Source of the DNA: Deltaproteobacteria bacterium
GTDB taxonomy: Bacteria > Desulfobacterota > Binatia > Bin18
Direction: 5' to 3'
Length of the DNA: 64,000 bases
NCBI GenBank assembly: GCA_016197285.1
Contig: JACPWD010000032.1
Location: 80,389 to 144,388, forward strand
Part shown: positions 24,820-35,120 of the stretch, piece after piece
Layout: the number at the start of each line of letters is the position of its first letter
How positions within the stretch are numbered: position 1 is the first letter of the stretch
Notes under the pieces: generated by a model
Told to the model about the DNA's origin: nothing
Databases searched by the model: none
Seen by the model: the letters and a program-made list of their open reading frames with translations, nothing else
Translations under genes and position numbers: made by a program

Positions 24820-25794
24820 ATGAAAGCCATTCGTGTCCATGAGTTCGGTCCGCCGGAAGTCATGAAGCTAGAAGAAGTTCCCGACCTGAAACCCGGGCCG
24901 GGACAAGTGGTGGTCCGTCTGCACGCCGCCGGTGTCAATCCGGTGGAGACCTACATCCGTTCCGGCATCTATCCGAAGCCGCCGACCCCGTATACGCCGG
25001 GAGCCGATGGGGCGGGAGTTATCGAAGCGGTCGGCGAGGGCGTGACCCGCGTTCGAGTCGGAGATCGCGTCTACACCGCCGGCACGCTCACGGGCACGTA
25101 TGCCGAACAAGCGCTGTGCCGGGAAGCGCAAGTCCGGCGGCTGCCAAAGCGCGCTTCCTTCGCACAGGGAGCGGCGATGTTCGTTCCGTATGGCACTGCC
25201 TATCGGTCGTTGTTTCAACGCGCGCATGTGCAGCCGGGAGAAGTGCTCTTCGTGCACGGTGCCAGCGGCGGCGTCGGTATCGCTGCCGTGCAGCTCGCCC
25301 GAGCTATAGGCATGACCATCATCGGTTCTGCCGGGACCGAGCAAGGGCGGAAACTGGTGGCCGAACAAGGCGCGCATCACATGCTCGACCATCGCGCTCC
25401 CGGATATTTGGATCAGGTGCTCCAGCTCACCAATGGTCGCGGCGCGGATGTCATTATCGAGATGCTGGCCAACGCCAATTTGGGCAACGATCTGAACGTT
25501 CTCGCGCAAGGCGGACGGGTCGTCGTGGTGGGTAATCGCGGCACCAACAATCAGGGAACGGTAGAGATCAATCCGCGAGCTGCGATGCAACGCGACGCGG
25601 CTATTCTCGGTATGACGCTGATGAATGTCACCCCTCCCGAAATGGAAAAGATCCACGCCGCGCTGATTGCTGGCCTAGAGAATGGCTCGTTGCAGCCGGT
25701 TATCGGCCAGCAGTTTTCTCTTGCTGACGCTCCCAAAGCGCATCACGCGGTGATCGAGTCCACCGCCTACGGGAAGATCGTGCTGGTGCCGTGA
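24820..25794 (+). CDS. NADPH:quinone reductase (zeta-crystallin-like MDR)
   Basis: AAGVNPVETY, PYTPGADGAG, VHGASGGVG; GAGGAG SD. Confidence 0.9.
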   Translation: MKAIRVHEFGPPEVMKLEEVPDLKPGPGQVVVRLHAAGVNPVETYIRSGIYPKPPTPYTPGADGAGVIEAVGEGVTRVRVGDRVYTAGTLTGTYAEQALCREAQVRRLPKRASFAQGAAMFVPYGTAYRSLFQRAHVQPGEVLFVHGASGGVGIAAVQLARAIGMTIIGSAGTEQGRKLVAEQGAHHMLDHRAPGYLDQVLQLTNGRGADVIIEMLANANLGNDLNVLAQGGRVVVVGNRGTNNQGTVEINPRAAMQRDAAILGMTLMNVTPPEMEKIHAALIAGLENGSLQPVIGQQFSLADAPKAHHAVIESTAYGKIVLVP

Positions 25795-25890
25795 CCACCT
25801 CGCGGACTCGAACGAGCGGGTGGAAAAGTTTCGCTGAAGGCGAAGATACTGCTGGACTCTCTAGAAATGAGTGTGGTATGCACCTAACTC

Positions 25891-26586
25891 ATGAGCCAGA
25901 CTATAAAAGATTGGCCTGAGGCGGATCGACCACGAGAGAAACTACTGGACAAGGGATCGGCAGCGCTGTCGGGGACGGAACTGTTAGCGATCATTCTGCG
26001 TACCGGCGACGCGAGTTCCGGCAAGAGTGCGTTGGATCACGGGCGTGACCTCATGCAGCTTTTCGGCGAATCGCTGAGAAAGCTGGGCGAGGCCACCGTG
26101 CAAGAGCTGTGCGCGATCAAAGGGATCGGGCCGGCGAAAGCGGCACAAATCAAAGCTGCAATAGAGATCGGCAAACGCTTCGCGCAAGAATCCGTCAATG
26201 AGGGGGAACTCTTCCGCTCTAGCGCGGAGGTGTTCCAATTCTACCGTGAGCAGCTTGGCGGTCTAAAAAAAGAGGAGTTTCACGTCTTGCTGCTCGATGC
26301 CAAGAACCGCAAGATCAAAGACGTGCGCATCTCCGAGGGCTCGCTGACTTCTTCCCTGGTCCACCCGCGCGAGGTGTTCAACCCGATCATTCGTGAGTCC
26401 GCCGCCGCCGTTATTTTCATCCATAATCATCCGAGCGGCGATCCGTCCCCCAGCCAAGAAGATCTGCAGGTCACGCGTCGGCTGCGAGAAATCGGCGAGG
26501 TCATGGGCGTGCGGGTGCTGGATCACATCATTGTCGGCAAGGGGAAATATGTCAGTTTCGTCGATGACGGATATTGGGAGAAATAA
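25891..26586 (+). CDS. radC: RadC family JAB-domain protein (full length with HhH)
   Basis: RPREKLL, ELLAIILRTG, GIGPAKA, VHPREVF, HNHPSGD, LDHIIVG. Confidence 0.95.
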   Translation: MSQTIKDWPEADRPREKLLDKGSAALSGTELLAIILRTGDASSGKSALDHGRDLMQLFGESLRKLGEATVQELCAIKGIGPAKAAQIKAAIEIGKRFAQESVNEGELFRSSAEVFQFYREQLGGLKKEEFHVLLLDAKNRKIKDVRISEGSLTSSLVHPREVFNPIIRESAAAVIFIHNHPSGDPSPSQEDLQVTRRLREIGEVMGVRVLDHIIVGKGKYVSFVDDGYWEK

Positions 26587-26592
26587 GCGCGC

Positions 26593-27450
26593 ATGAAACT
26601 CAACCGCAACTTGATCGGTAAACAGTATCCTCCTCAGGACTATGGCGTCACGGCGGAAGCGACCATGCGCTACGCCCTCGCTTATAACGACGATAATCCC
26701 TGGTTTCTCGATACCGGTCGCCCGGGTGGGATCATAGCGCCACCGATGTTTGGCGTGGTTATGGGATGGATGCCGATCATGCTAGTCATGACCGACTCGG
26801 AGCTGGGAGCCGACCTGCTGCGCTTGCTGCATAGCGAGCAGGAAATGTTTTTCTATAAGCCTGTCGTACCGGGGGACATCGTGACCAGCACGGCGACGAT
26901 TCTCTCTATGGAAGAAAAAGCCACCGGAGAGACCGTGGTCGTCGAGGTGGTGTCCGCCACGCAAGATCGAGAGCCGGTGCAGCGCATGCTCTTTACCGCC
27001 TTTATTCGCGGGGGCGGAAGAAGAGAACGCAAGAGTGAGGACATTTCCCGAGAGGAGAGGCCGGAAGGGGAACCTCTCCTTCGTGTTGCGCAGACCATTG
27101 ACGCCGACCAGACTTATCGATACGCGCAGGCTTCAGGCGATTACAACCCGATTCATACCGATGAAGCGGTTGCCAAGATGGCCGGCTTGCCGGGCATCGT
27201 CGTGCATGGACTCTGCACCCTGGCATTTACCTCGAAAGTGATCATCGACCAGTGCTGCGCGGGTGACCCACGTCGGCTCAAGCGGTTGCGCGCCCGCTTC
27301 CTGCGCCCGGTGTTGCCGGGGCAGACTATCGCCACCGCAGTCTGGGCTCGGCCAGACCGCGACGGCGTGAACGTGTACGCCTATGAGACGGACAATCCCG
27401 AGGGGAAAGCGGTCATTACCGACGGACGAGCAGAGGTCGCGGCGGCTTAG
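26593..27450 (+). CDS. Double hotdog-fold MaoC-family dehydratase
   Basis: [31 protein letters not shown]. Confidence 0.88.
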   Translation: MKLNRNLIGKQYPPQDYGVTAEATMRYALAYNDDNPWFLDTGRPGGIIAPPMFGVVMGWMPIMLVMTDSELGADLLRLLHSEQEMFFYKPVVPGDIVTSTATILSMEEKATGETVVVEVVSATQDREPVQRMLFTAFIRGGGRRERKSEDISREERPEGEPLLRVAQTIDADQTYRYAQASGDYNPIHTDEAVAKMAGLPGIVVHGLCTLAFTSKVIIDQCCAGDPRRLKRLRARFLRPVLPGQTIATAVWARPDRDGVNVYAYETDNPEGKAVITDGRAEVAAA

Positions 27451-27872
27451 AAGGGAACGTCGTCTTCAGGTATCGGACTGCCACCGAAGTCATCGGACCC
27501 ACCGCTTGGACCGCCTTCCTGCTGGGCTCCGCGTCCGCCGCCACCACCGCCGAGGAACTGCACGCGTTGCGCCACGACTTCGGTAATGTAGCGCTTATTC
27601 CCGTCGCGGTCGTCATAGCTGCGTGAGCGAATGGAGCCTTCAAGGTAGACCTGACGGCCTTTAGCGAGATATTGCCCGCAATTTTCCGCTTGCTTGCCCC
27701 ACACAACGACGTTGTGCCATTCGGTTTTTTCCTGCCGCTGCCCACCCTGATCCGTCCAGTTGTCAGTCGTGGCGACGGGGAACTTGGCCACCGCTTGTCC
27801 GCCTGGCGTGTAGCGCACTTCCGGGTCTTTTCCTAAGTTACCAACGAGAATGACTTTATTGACAGAGGCCAT
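27447..27872 (-). CDS. ssb: Single-stranded DNA-binding protein
   Basis: [22 protein letters not shown]-terminal EDDVPF. Confidence 0.97.
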   Translation of the reverse strand: MASVNKVILVGNLGKDPEVRYTPGGQAVAKFPVATTDNWTDQGGQRQEKTEWHNVVVWGKQAENCGQYLAKGRQVYLEGSIRSRSYDDRDGNKRYITEVVAQRVQFLGGGGGGRGAQQEGGPSGGSDDFGGSPIPEDDVPF

Positions 27873-27893
27873 GTCCGGCTCCTCCTTGGCTGC

Positions 27894-27922
27894 ACCCTAC
27901 CAATCGAGGTTTTTGAAGTCAA
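27894..27922 (-). promoter_or_regulatory. Putative sigma70 promoter for ssb
   Basis: Minus strand TTGACT, 17-bp spacer ending TGG, then TAGGGT. Confidence 0.45.
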
Positions 27923-28004
27923 TCGAAGCCGCCAAATCGACTGGTTGCGTTGCTCAAACACTGGGGCTTCCGTATACTCGGGCGAGCTTGAGCGGAGAAT
28001 CATC

Positions 28005-29765
28005 ATGACACGACAGGTCCGCCTTCCCCTCTTCCTCTTTCACGTCTTCTTTCTGTTCGCCCTTGCGCTTCCGGCGAGAGCTGCGGAGGTGCAAGACCTG
28101 GCGAAATACGGCCCTTTTGTCGCTACGGGAAAGCAGGGCATGGTCGTGACCGCCGGGGATCAAGCCAGCGCGGCGGGCATCGAGATGCTGAAAAAAGGCG
28201 GCAACGCCGTGGATGCAGCCGTGGCTGCCTCGTTCGCCGTCAGCGTGTTGCGACCGCAATCGACCGGGATTGGCGGTGGTGGCTTCTTTTTGCTGTATCT
28301 CGCGAATAAGCAAGAAACCGTTGCGGTCGATTTTCGCGAACGTGCGCCGCTGGCCGCGACCCACGACATGTTTATCCGCGATGGGAAGGCTGTCCCTGAG
28401 TTGAGTCGGACTGGCCCGCTGGCGGTCGCTGTACCAGGGCTGGTGGCCGGTTTGACGGAAATACAGAAAAAGTACGGCACGCTGCCGCTCAAGGAAGTCA
28501 TGGCTCCGGCCATCCAATTAGCCGACGACGGGTTCCCTATTTATCCGCAATTGGCGGGGGCGATCACGTATCGCGCGAAACTCTTGGGTGATTCTCCTGC
28601 GACCAAAGCGATCTATTTTCGCGAGGACCAGCCGCTGCACGAAGGAGAATCGCTGGTCCAGAAAGACTTGGCGCAGACGCTGCGAGAGATCGCGCAATCG
28701 GGAAAGGACGCCTTTTATACCGGTCGTGTCGCTGACGCCCTGGTCACGGAGATGAAAGCCAGAGGCGGTCTGATGACACAGGCAGATCTCGACGCCTATA
28801 AAGTGCTGTACCGCACGCCTTTGGTAAGCGATTTTCAGGGCGTGCAAATTCATTCCATGCCCCCGCCCAGCTCTGGCGGCGTGCTCATCTCGCAGATGTT
28901 GAACGTGCTGTCCGGGTTTCCTTTGGCCGAGTTCGGGTTCTCCACCCCGAAAACGATTCACGTGATGACGGAGACCCTGCGCCTCGCGTTTCGCGACCGT
29001 GCGCGTTATCTGGGAGACCCGGACTTCGGGCAAGTGCCGACCGCCATGTTGGCTTCCACCGACTATGCGGGAAAATTGCGGGCGACCATCGACCTTGCCA
29101 AAGTGACCCCTAGCGAATCTCTTCCCGCCGTCCAGCCAGGAAAGATCGAATCCACCAGCACCACGCATATCTCCATTGTCGATAAGCACGGCAATGCTGT
29201 GGCGACAACGCAGACCGTGAACCTCTATTTCGGCAGCGGCGTGTTAGTGCCGGGCACCGGCATCATGCTCAACGACGAGATGGACGATTTCAGCGCGCAG
29301 CTCCACCGGCCGAATGCGTTCGGTTTAATCGGCGAGACCGATGCCAATGCCATCGCCCCGCGCAAGACGCCGCTCAGCAGCATGAGCCCCACCATTGTCA
29401 CCCGCGACGGGAAGGCGATGCTGGTAACCGGCAGTCCGGGCGGGTCGCGGATCATCAGCGCCACGTTGCAAGTGCTGTTGAATGTGATCGCGCACCGCAT
29501 GTCCCTCCCGGAAGCGCTCTTTGCCCCGCGCATCCATCATCAATGGTTTCCCGACGAGCTGCTGGTCGAGGCCAAGAAAGACAGCAAACCGGAAGGATTA
29601 GTGGCAGCCCTTCAGCAGCTTGGTCATAAGGTCACGCTCGTCGAGGATACGGGCGACGGGCGCACGCCGTTCGGGAATGTGCAAGCCGTGCACGTTGATA
29701 TATCTTCGGGCGTCATCACTGGAGTCTCCGATCCCCGCGGAGAAGGGCGACCCCACGGGTTTTAG
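28005..29765 (+). CDS. ggt: Gamma-glutamyltransferase (secreted)
   Basis: Signal peptide, GGNAVDAAVA, GIGGGGF, DFRE, STTHISIVD nucleophile, LNDEMDDF, LSSMSP, GSPGGS. Confidence 0.95.
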   Translation: MTRQVRLPLFLFHVFFLFALALPARAAEVQDLAKYGPFVATGKQGMVVTAGDQASAAGIEMLKKGGNAVDAAVAASFAVSVLRPQSTGIGGGGFFLLYLANKQETVAVDFRERAPLAATHDMFIRDGKAVPELSRTGPLAVAVPGLVAGLTEIQKKYGTLPLKEVMAPAIQLADDGFPIYPQLAGAITYRAKLLGDSPATKAIYFREDQPLHEGESLVQKDLAQTLREIAQSGKDAFYTGRVADALVTEMKARGGLMTQADLDAYKVLYRTPLVSDFQGVQIHSMPPPSSGGVLISQMLNVLSGFPLAEFGFSTPKTIHVMTETLRLAFRDRARYLGDPDFGQVPTAMLASTDYAGKLRATIDLAKVTPSESLPAVQPGKIESTSTTHISIVDKHGNAVATTQTVNLYFGSGVLVPGTGIMLNDEMDDFSAQLHRPNAFGLIGETDANAIAPRKTPLSSMSPTIVTRDGKAMLVTGSPGGSRIISATLQVLLNVIAHRMSLPEALFAPRIHHQWFPDELLVEAKKDSKPEGLVAALQQLGHKVTLVEDTGDGRTPFGNVQAVHVDISSGVITGVSDPRGEGRPHGF

Positions 29766-29778
29766 AAAGGAACAGAGC

Positions 29779-30951
29779 ATGGCCCAAGTCGATTACTTTC
29801 AAATCGAAGAATTACTGACCGAAGAAGAGCGCCTCGTACGCGATACCGCGCGGCGCTTCGTTGACGAGGAGTTCCTGCCGCGCGTGAAGGAATGTTTCCG
29901 CGAAGGTACGTTCCCGCAGGAGCTGATCCCGCGTTTGGGCGAGCTGGGGTTTTTGGGGCTAACGTTGCCGACGCAGTACGGATGCGCCGGTCTGAATAGT
30001 GTCTGTTACGGATTGGTGAGTCAGGAGCTGGAACGAGGAGATAGCGGCCTGCGTTCGTTTGCCAGCGTGCAGTCGTCGCTGGTGATGTATCCGATCTACA
30101 CCTTCGGTTCGGAGATGCAGAAAAATTTCTGGTTGCCGCGTCTGGCACGGGCGGAAGCCATTGGCTGCTTCGGTCTCACCGAACCAGACTTCGGCTCCAA
30201 CCCTGGCGGCATGATTACTCGTGCCAAACGGGCCGAAGGTGGATTCGTGCTGAACGGCACTAAGCGCTGGATCACCAACGGCTCTATTTCTGACGTGGCT
30301 GTCGTCTGGGCCAAGTTGGAAGAAAATGGCAAGGATGTGATTCGCGGGTTTCTGGTGGAAAAAGAACGCCCGGGGTTCACGCGCCTCGATATCGAGGGAA
30401 AATTTAGCATGCGGGCCTCGATCACTTCAGAGTTGATTTTCGAGGACTGTTGGATTCCCGAAGAGAATCTCCTGCCCAATTCCGGCGGCATCAAATCGCC
30501 GCTCATGTGTCTGACGCAGGCGCGTTACGGTATTTCTTGGGGGGCGACCGGGGCCGCCATCGCCTGCTACGAAAGCGCGCTCGACTATGCGAAGAGCCGG
30601 ATCATGTTCTCCCGCCCGATTGCCGGCTATCAGCTCGTGCAAGCGAAGCTCGTCGGGATGATTACCGAAATCACCAAAGCGCAGTTGCTGTCGTTGCGGC
30701 TGGGGCGATTGAAAGATGCTGGCACGATGCGGCCCGAGCACGTGAGCATGGCGAAGATGAATAACGTCTCCACCGCGCTCCAGACTGCGCGGGTGGCGCG
30801 CGATATTCTTGGCGGCAATGGCATCATCGACGAGTATCCCATCATCCGCCACATGCTGAACCTGGAAACCGTCAACACCTACGAAGGCACGGAAGACATC
30901 CATCGCCTGACCATCGGGCGCGATATTACAGGACTCAACGCGTTTGAGTGA
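29779..30951 (+). CDS. Acyl-CoA dehydrogenase, glutaryl-CoA dehydrogenase-like
   Basis: ELERGDSGLRS..SVQSSLVM, GCFGLTEPDFGSNP, GTKRWITN, TYEGT. Confidence 0.9.
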   Translation: MAQVDYFQIEELLTEEERLVRDTARRFVDEEFLPRVKECFREGTFPQELIPRLGELGFLGLTLPTQYGCAGLNSVCYGLVSQELERGDSGLRSFASVQSSLVMYPIYTFGSEMQKNFWLPRLARAEAIGCFGLTEPDFGSNPGGMITRAKRAEGGFVLNGTKRWITNGSISDVAVVWAKLEENGKDVIRGFLVEKERPGFTRLDIEGKFSMRASITSELIFEDCWIPEENLLPNSGGIKSPLMCLTQARYGISWGATGAAIACYESALDYAKSRIMFSRPIAGYQLVQAKLVGMITEITKAQLLSLRLGRLKDAGTMRPEHVSMAKMNNVSTALQTARVARDILGGNGIIDEYPIIRHMLNLETVNTYEGTEDIHRLTIGRDITGLNAFE

Positions 30952-31591
30952 AGCGCTGTCCTACCCCACCGAACCGCTGGAACTCAGCATCGGCTCTCGT
31001 CGCCTTTCGTTGCTCCGCGTCAAAGACCTGGAACGGTACGTGGATCGTGAGGCGTTGCTCAAGGACGAGACCGAGGAGCCTCCCTACTGGGCGCATCTGT
31101 GGACCGGCTCGCTGACCTTGGCGCGTTACGTGGAGGAGTGCATCGACTGTGAAGGCGCTGCTGTTCTCGATCTTGGTTGTGGACTCGGTCTGAGCGGGAT
31201 CGTTGCCGCGCTCAAGGGTGGCAACGTCGTGTTTGCCGACAAAGAACGCGATGCTGTCGCTTTCGCGGCGGCCAATGCGCGACGCAACCAGTGTCCGGCC
31301 TTCATGGTGCGGACGCTCGATTTTACGACGGAGGGGCTGGACAGGAGCTTTTCTCTCATTCTGGGGGCGGAAATTTTGTATGACCGTCTGACCTTTCCCG
31401 CGCTGGCGCGGTTTCTTACACAGCATCTTGCTCCCAATGGATGCGTGCTGTTGTCCGATGCGCGGCGCACCAATACCGAAGAGTTCTATCGTCAATTGGA
31501 TCTCGTCGGCTTACGCTGGCAGCGGGAAGAGAGAATGGAACGAGAAGACCGCTTGCCGCTGGCGGTCAGCATCGTGACGATTCATCACTAA
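30944..31591 (+). CDS. Class I SAM methyltransferase, MTF16/METTL20-like protein-lysine methyltransferase
   Basis: PPYWAHLW, VLDLGCGLG, LILGAEILY; overlaps ACAD stop. Confidence 0.8.
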   Translation: MSEALSYPTEPLELSIGSRRLSLLRVKDLERYVDREALLKDETEEPPYWAHLWTGSLTLARYVEECIDCEGAAVLDLGCGLGLSGIVAALKGGNVVFADKERDAVAFAAANARRNQCPAFMVRTLDFTTEGLDRSFSLILGAEILYDRLTFPALARFLTQHLAPNGCVLLSDARRTNTEEFYRQLDLVGLRWQREERMEREDRLPLAVSIVTIHH

Positions 31592-31601
31592 GGCGAGCAC
31601 C

Positions 31602-32261
31602 ATGGTCACTAACCACACGATTGACGTCGTCTTCGACATTCTCCGCCACGCCGCGCCGGAGTGGTCCGCGCCGGTGGTCACGCAAATGGCTTCGCTTTCG
31701 CGCGACCCTTATCTCGTGTTGATTGCCTGTCTGCTCAGCTTGCGCACCAAGGATGAAACCACCGGTCCGGCAGCCCGGCGGCTGTTTGCTTTGGCAGATA
31801 CGCCAGAAGCCATGCTGACCCTGACCTCGGCGCAGATTGAGAAAGCCATCTATCCGGTTGGATTCTACAAAACGAAAACGCAGACCGTGTTGGAGATCTC
31901 GCGCCTTTTGGTCGAGCAGCATGACAGCCGCGTGCCGGACGAGATTGACGAGCTCGTGCAGTTCAAAGGCGTCGGTCGCAAGACGGCGAATCTCGTGGTC
32001 ACGCTTGGCTATCGCAAGCCGGGAATCTGCGTGGACACGCACGTACACCGGATTTCCAACCGCTGGGGCTACGTGACGACCAAGACCCCGGAGGAAACGG
32101 AAATGGCGCTACGCAAGAAACTGCCGCCACCGCACTGGATCGAGATTAACGATCTGCTGGTCGCCATGGGACAGACCATTTGCCATCCCACCTCGCCGAA
32201 ATGCAGCCTGTGCCCGATCGAAAAGCATTGCGCCAAGATCGGCGTTACGCGCAGCAGATGA
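31602..32261 (+). CDS. nth: Endonuclease III
   Basis: HhH GVGRKTANLV, VDTHVHR, C-x6-C-x2-C-x5-C Fe-S motif. Confidence 0.95.
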   Translation: MVTNHTIDVVFDILRHAAPEWSAPVVTQMASLSRDPYLVLIACLLSLRTKDETTGPAARRLFALADTPEAMLTLTSAQIEKAIYPVGFYKTKTQTVLEISRLLVEQHDSRVPDEIDELVQFKGVGRKTANLVVTLGYRKPGICVDTHVHRISNRWGYVTTKTPEETEMALRKKLPPPHWIEINDLLVAMGQTICHPTSPKCSLCPIEKHCAKIGVTRSR

Positions 32262-32340
32262 GGGTCGAATGCAGATGAGTATCCGTGCCATCCGAGATTC
32301 TGCCTTGCATCGGGCTCCCTTATCAGGCATAGGTTTGTAC

Positions 32341-32607
32341 ATGACCGCTGTCTCATTGAAAAAAGAACGTTGGACACTCACTCTTGATCGGCAGGTTAAG
32401 CGCACGATTCTGGAGGAGGCACGCAAGCGGAAGGTTCGGCCAGCGCGAGTGCTGGAAGATCTGGTGAGAGAGCGCTTCGATCCTTTCGGTCATGCTGATG
32501 TGGATGATCCCGTGGCCTACGTGCGTGCTTTGCGTCGTGAAAGTCGGGAAATGACGGATGAAGATTTCTTGACAGACCTCAAACGATGGGAGAAAGTGAC
32601 CTCTTAG
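32341..32607 (+). CDS. Putative antitoxin (RHH-like N-terminus)
   Basis: Small protein, beta-strand then helices (RWTLTLDRQVK...), DPVAYVRALRRE, upstream of PIN gene. Confidence 0.6.
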   Translation: MTAVSLKKERWTLTLDRQVKRTILEEARKRKVRPARVLEDLVRERFDPFGHADVDDPVAYVRALRRESREMTDEDFLTDLKRWEKVTS

Positions 32608-32656
32608 TTGATAGCCGGCATTTTCCGTTGCTCCTCGTGAAGGACAAGAGTCGTGC

Positions 32657-33028
32657 GTGAGAAAAAATCCCCTCCTCGTTGATACCGATATTCTCATTTC
32701 CTACCTGAACCTCAGGCAACATCGTTTCTATCTGGAAAGTCCAAACTTCCAGGTTCACTATTCCGCCGTTACGAAGAAGGAACTGCTCGCCAAGCAAGGA
32801 CTTTCTGGACGAGAGCGACAGGCGATCTTCTCTCTCCTCAAACGTTATCGCCAGATTCCTGTTACGCCAGCTATTGCTGACCGGTATGCAGAACTTCAGC
32901 GTCGGTATCCAACACTGGAACGTGAAGACGCGCTGATTGCTGCCTCCGCTATCGTTCGCCGCCTGCCCCTTCTGACCGGAAATATAAAGCATTTCCGCAT
33001 CGTCAAGGATCTCAGCCTTCTTCCATAA
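32657..33028 (+). CDS. vapC: PIN-domain (VapC-like) toxin
   Basis: LVDTDILI, EDALIAASA, LLTGNIKHF. Confidence 0.85.
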   Translation: MRKNPLLVDTDILISYLNLRQHRFYLESPNFQVHYSAVTKKELLAKQGLSGRERQAIFSLLKRYRQIPVTPAIADRYAELQRRYPTLEREDALIAASAIVRRLPLLTGNIKHFRIVKDLSLLP

Positions 33029-33037
33029 GCACTCGTC

Positions 33038-34267
33038 ATGTCGATTCCCTACAATACTCGCACCAAACTCCTGTGGGTCGCGATCCTCTATTTCGCCGAA
33101 GGGTTTCCTTTCGGGCTGCTGTTCGACGCCTTTCCGGTGTATTTCCGTACCCAAAACGTGAGCCTGACGGACATCGGACTGCTCAGTCTTGCCGGCCTGC
33201 CCTGGACGCTCAAGTTTCTTTGGGCGCCGCTCGTCGACACCTGGGGAAAACGCAAAACTTGGGTGGCGGTCTGCCAAGCGCTGCTTGCCATCGACCTAAC
33301 GCTCTTCCTCGTGCTGCAACCGACCCAAACTAGCGTGACCTTATGGCTGCTGCTGGTCGCGCTGGCGGTATTTTCAGCAACGCAAGACATTGCCATCGAC
33401 GCCTACACGATCGAAGTGCTCGACAAGGATGAAGTCGGGCCGGCCAATGGCATTCGCGTGAGCGCCTACCGGGTGGCGCTGATCGGGGCCGGGGGCGTGT
33501 TTGTCGCCATCGCTGGTCTCATTGGCTGGCAATTCGCTTTTACCGCAGCGGCGGTTTTGCTGGCATTCTTTGCGGTGTTGACGACTCGTGCCCCGGAGAC
33601 TGCCGTCGTGCGTCTCACCCGCGAGAGTTGGCAAGCAACACTTCGTCAAGCCATAATCGGCCCGTTTCGGAGTTTCTGGCAACGGTCGGGCGTGCTCTAC
33701 GTGATGTTGTTCGTGCTCACCTTCAAGTTGGGCGACATGGCGCTCGGGCCGATGGTCCGGCCTTTCTGGGTGGACCGCAACTTCACGCCGCTGCAAATCG
33801 GCGCTGTTCCCGGAACGATTGGCGTGGTGTGCACGATTACCGGCGCGTTGCTGGGAGGGAATCTCGCCAAAAGTTGGGGGCTGTTCAAAGCCTTGTGGGT
33901 CTTGGGCATTGCTCAAGCGGTGTCCAACCTCGCCTACGCCGCCGCAGCGGCGTTGCCGCCTTCCAATGCGCTGATGTACGGCGCGTCGATGATCGAGTCG
34001 TTCTGTGGCGGACTCGGCACGGCCCCGTTTCTCGCCTTCATGATGCGCATTTGCGACAAGACCCAGGCGGCAACGCAGTATGCTCTGCTCAGCGCGCTCT
34101 TCGGTCTGACTCGTTCGCTTTCTGGAGCAGTATCTGGGGTGATTACGCAAAACGTTGGTTACGCGACTTATTTCATTTTCACCTTCTTTTTGGCGTGGCC
34201 GGCGTTCCTCCTGTTACCGTGGGTGAAACGCTGGAGCGAGACAAAAGGAGACACGCGGGGAGAGTAG
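33038..34267 (+). CDS. ampG: AmpG-family MFS permease
   Basis: LYFAEGFP, LPWTLKFLWAPLVD, SATQDIAIDAY, ATQYALLS. Confidence 0.85.
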   Translation: MSIPYNTRTKLLWVAILYFAEGFPFGLLFDAFPVYFRTQNVSLTDIGLLSLAGLPWTLKFLWAPLVDTWGKRKTWVAVCQALLAIDLTLFLVLQPTQTSVTLWLLLVALAVFSATQDIAIDAYTIEVLDKDEVGPANGIRVSAYRVALIGAGGVFVAIAGLIGWQFAFTAAAVLLAFFAVLTTRAPETAVVRLTRESWQATLRQAIIGPFRSFWQRSGVLYVMLFVLTFKLGDMALGPMVRPFWVDRNFTPLQIGAVPGTIGVVCTITGALLGGNLAKSWGLFKALWVLGIAQAVSNLAYAAAAALPPSNALMYGASMIESFCGGLGTAPFLAFMMRICDKTQAATQYALLSALFGLTRSLSGAVSGVITQNVGYATYFIFTFFLAWPAFLLLPWVKRWSETKGDTRGE

Positions 34268-34289
34268 GGGCGGTTCGCGACCCGCCCCT
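34264..34289 (+). repeat. GTAG-type REP
   Basis: GTAGGGGCGGTTCGCGACCCGCCCCT hairpin; its TAG is the ampG stop. Confidence 0.75.
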
Positions 34290-34365
34290 GCCTGTCTTTC
34301 TGTTTGGAAGCTTTTCCTGTAGCACAGACACAGCATTCACATCATCTGATTGTCGGGAGGGACAT

Positions 34366-35034
34366 ATGAATCTCGTACACACTGTTTATGAGCCGCCGGG
34401 TCCGGGGCCGCATCCGACCTTACTCACATTGCATGGCTGGGGAGCGAACGCCTTCGATCTGCTGGGGCTGGCACCGTATCTGTGCGGTGGCAAATTCCTC
34501 ATCCTTTGCCCTCAAGGACCGCTCCAGGTGCCCATCGGTGGCTCGGCGGTCGGCTACGGATGGTTTCCGTTAAGTATGGGCGGGACCCTCGACGTAAAAT
34601 CTGTTGCCCGAGCGCGGGAGTCGGTGCAGAGCTTTCTTGACGACGCGCAGCAGCGCTATCCGATCGACAGTAAGAAGCTGGCGGTGGTCGGCTTCAGCCA
34701 GGGCGGAGTGATGGCGTACAGCCTCGGGCTCGGGGAACCGGATCGGTTTGCCGGCTTGGCGGCGTTGAGTTCCTGGCTGCCGCGCGATTTGCTGAACATC
34801 CTTCCCGATGTGCCGGCAACCGAGCAACTGCCGGTGCTGGTGCAACACGGTAGCAAAGACCAAGCGATCGATGTCGGACGTGCGCGCCAGTCGGTCGAGA
34901 CGCTCCGCGATCTGCGCGTTCCCGTCACCTATAAAGAGTACGACATGGGGCATGAGCTGAATGCCAACAGCCTGGGCGATCTGTCTTCTTGGCTCGAAGA
35001 AAAAGTGCTGTCGCCGATTGTGTTGGCATCGTAA
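34366..35034 (+). CDS. Phospholipase/carboxylesterase (alpha/beta hydrolase)
   Basis: LHGWGAN, GFSQGG nucleophile, HGSKD, MGHE; GGAGG SD. Confidence 0.9.
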   Translation: MNLVHTVYEPPGPGPHPTLLTLHGWGANAFDLLGLAPYLCGGKFLILCPQGPLQVPIGGSAVGYGWFPLSMGGTLDVKSVARARESVQSFLDDAQQRYPIDSKKLAVVGFSQGGVMAYSLGLGEPDRFAGLAALSSWLPRDLLNILPDVPATEQLPVLVQHGSKDQAIDVGRARQSVETLRDLRVPVTYKEYDMGHELNANSLGDLSSWLEEKVLSPIVLAS

Positions 35035-35060
35035 AGGGTGCTACGGGCGGCTATCCGGTG

Positions 35061-35084
35061 GCACTGCTGGCGGTCCAGCAGTGC
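35061..35084. repeat. CACTGCTGG...CCAGCAGTG REP-like hairpin
   Basis: GCACTGCTGG-CGGT-CCAGCAGTGC perfect 10-bp stem; same family as the disrupted hairpin at 38180-38293. Confidence 0.75.
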
Positions 35085-35120
35085 TGTAGAGCGTTAGGGG
35101 AGAGGGGCGGACGTAAGCCT

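Noticed and set aside
25891..26586. radC as a marker of an integrative element
   Set aside because: Full-length chromosomal-type RadC among housekeeping genes; no integrase or att sites seen
33628..34365. Long N-terminal extension of the carboxylesterase ORF
   Set aside because: Overlaps ampG out of frame; the real start has a GGAGG SD at ATG 34366
35061..35084. Intrinsic terminator call
   Set aside because: No U-tract on either side; treated as a REP because a second family member exists at 38180-38293
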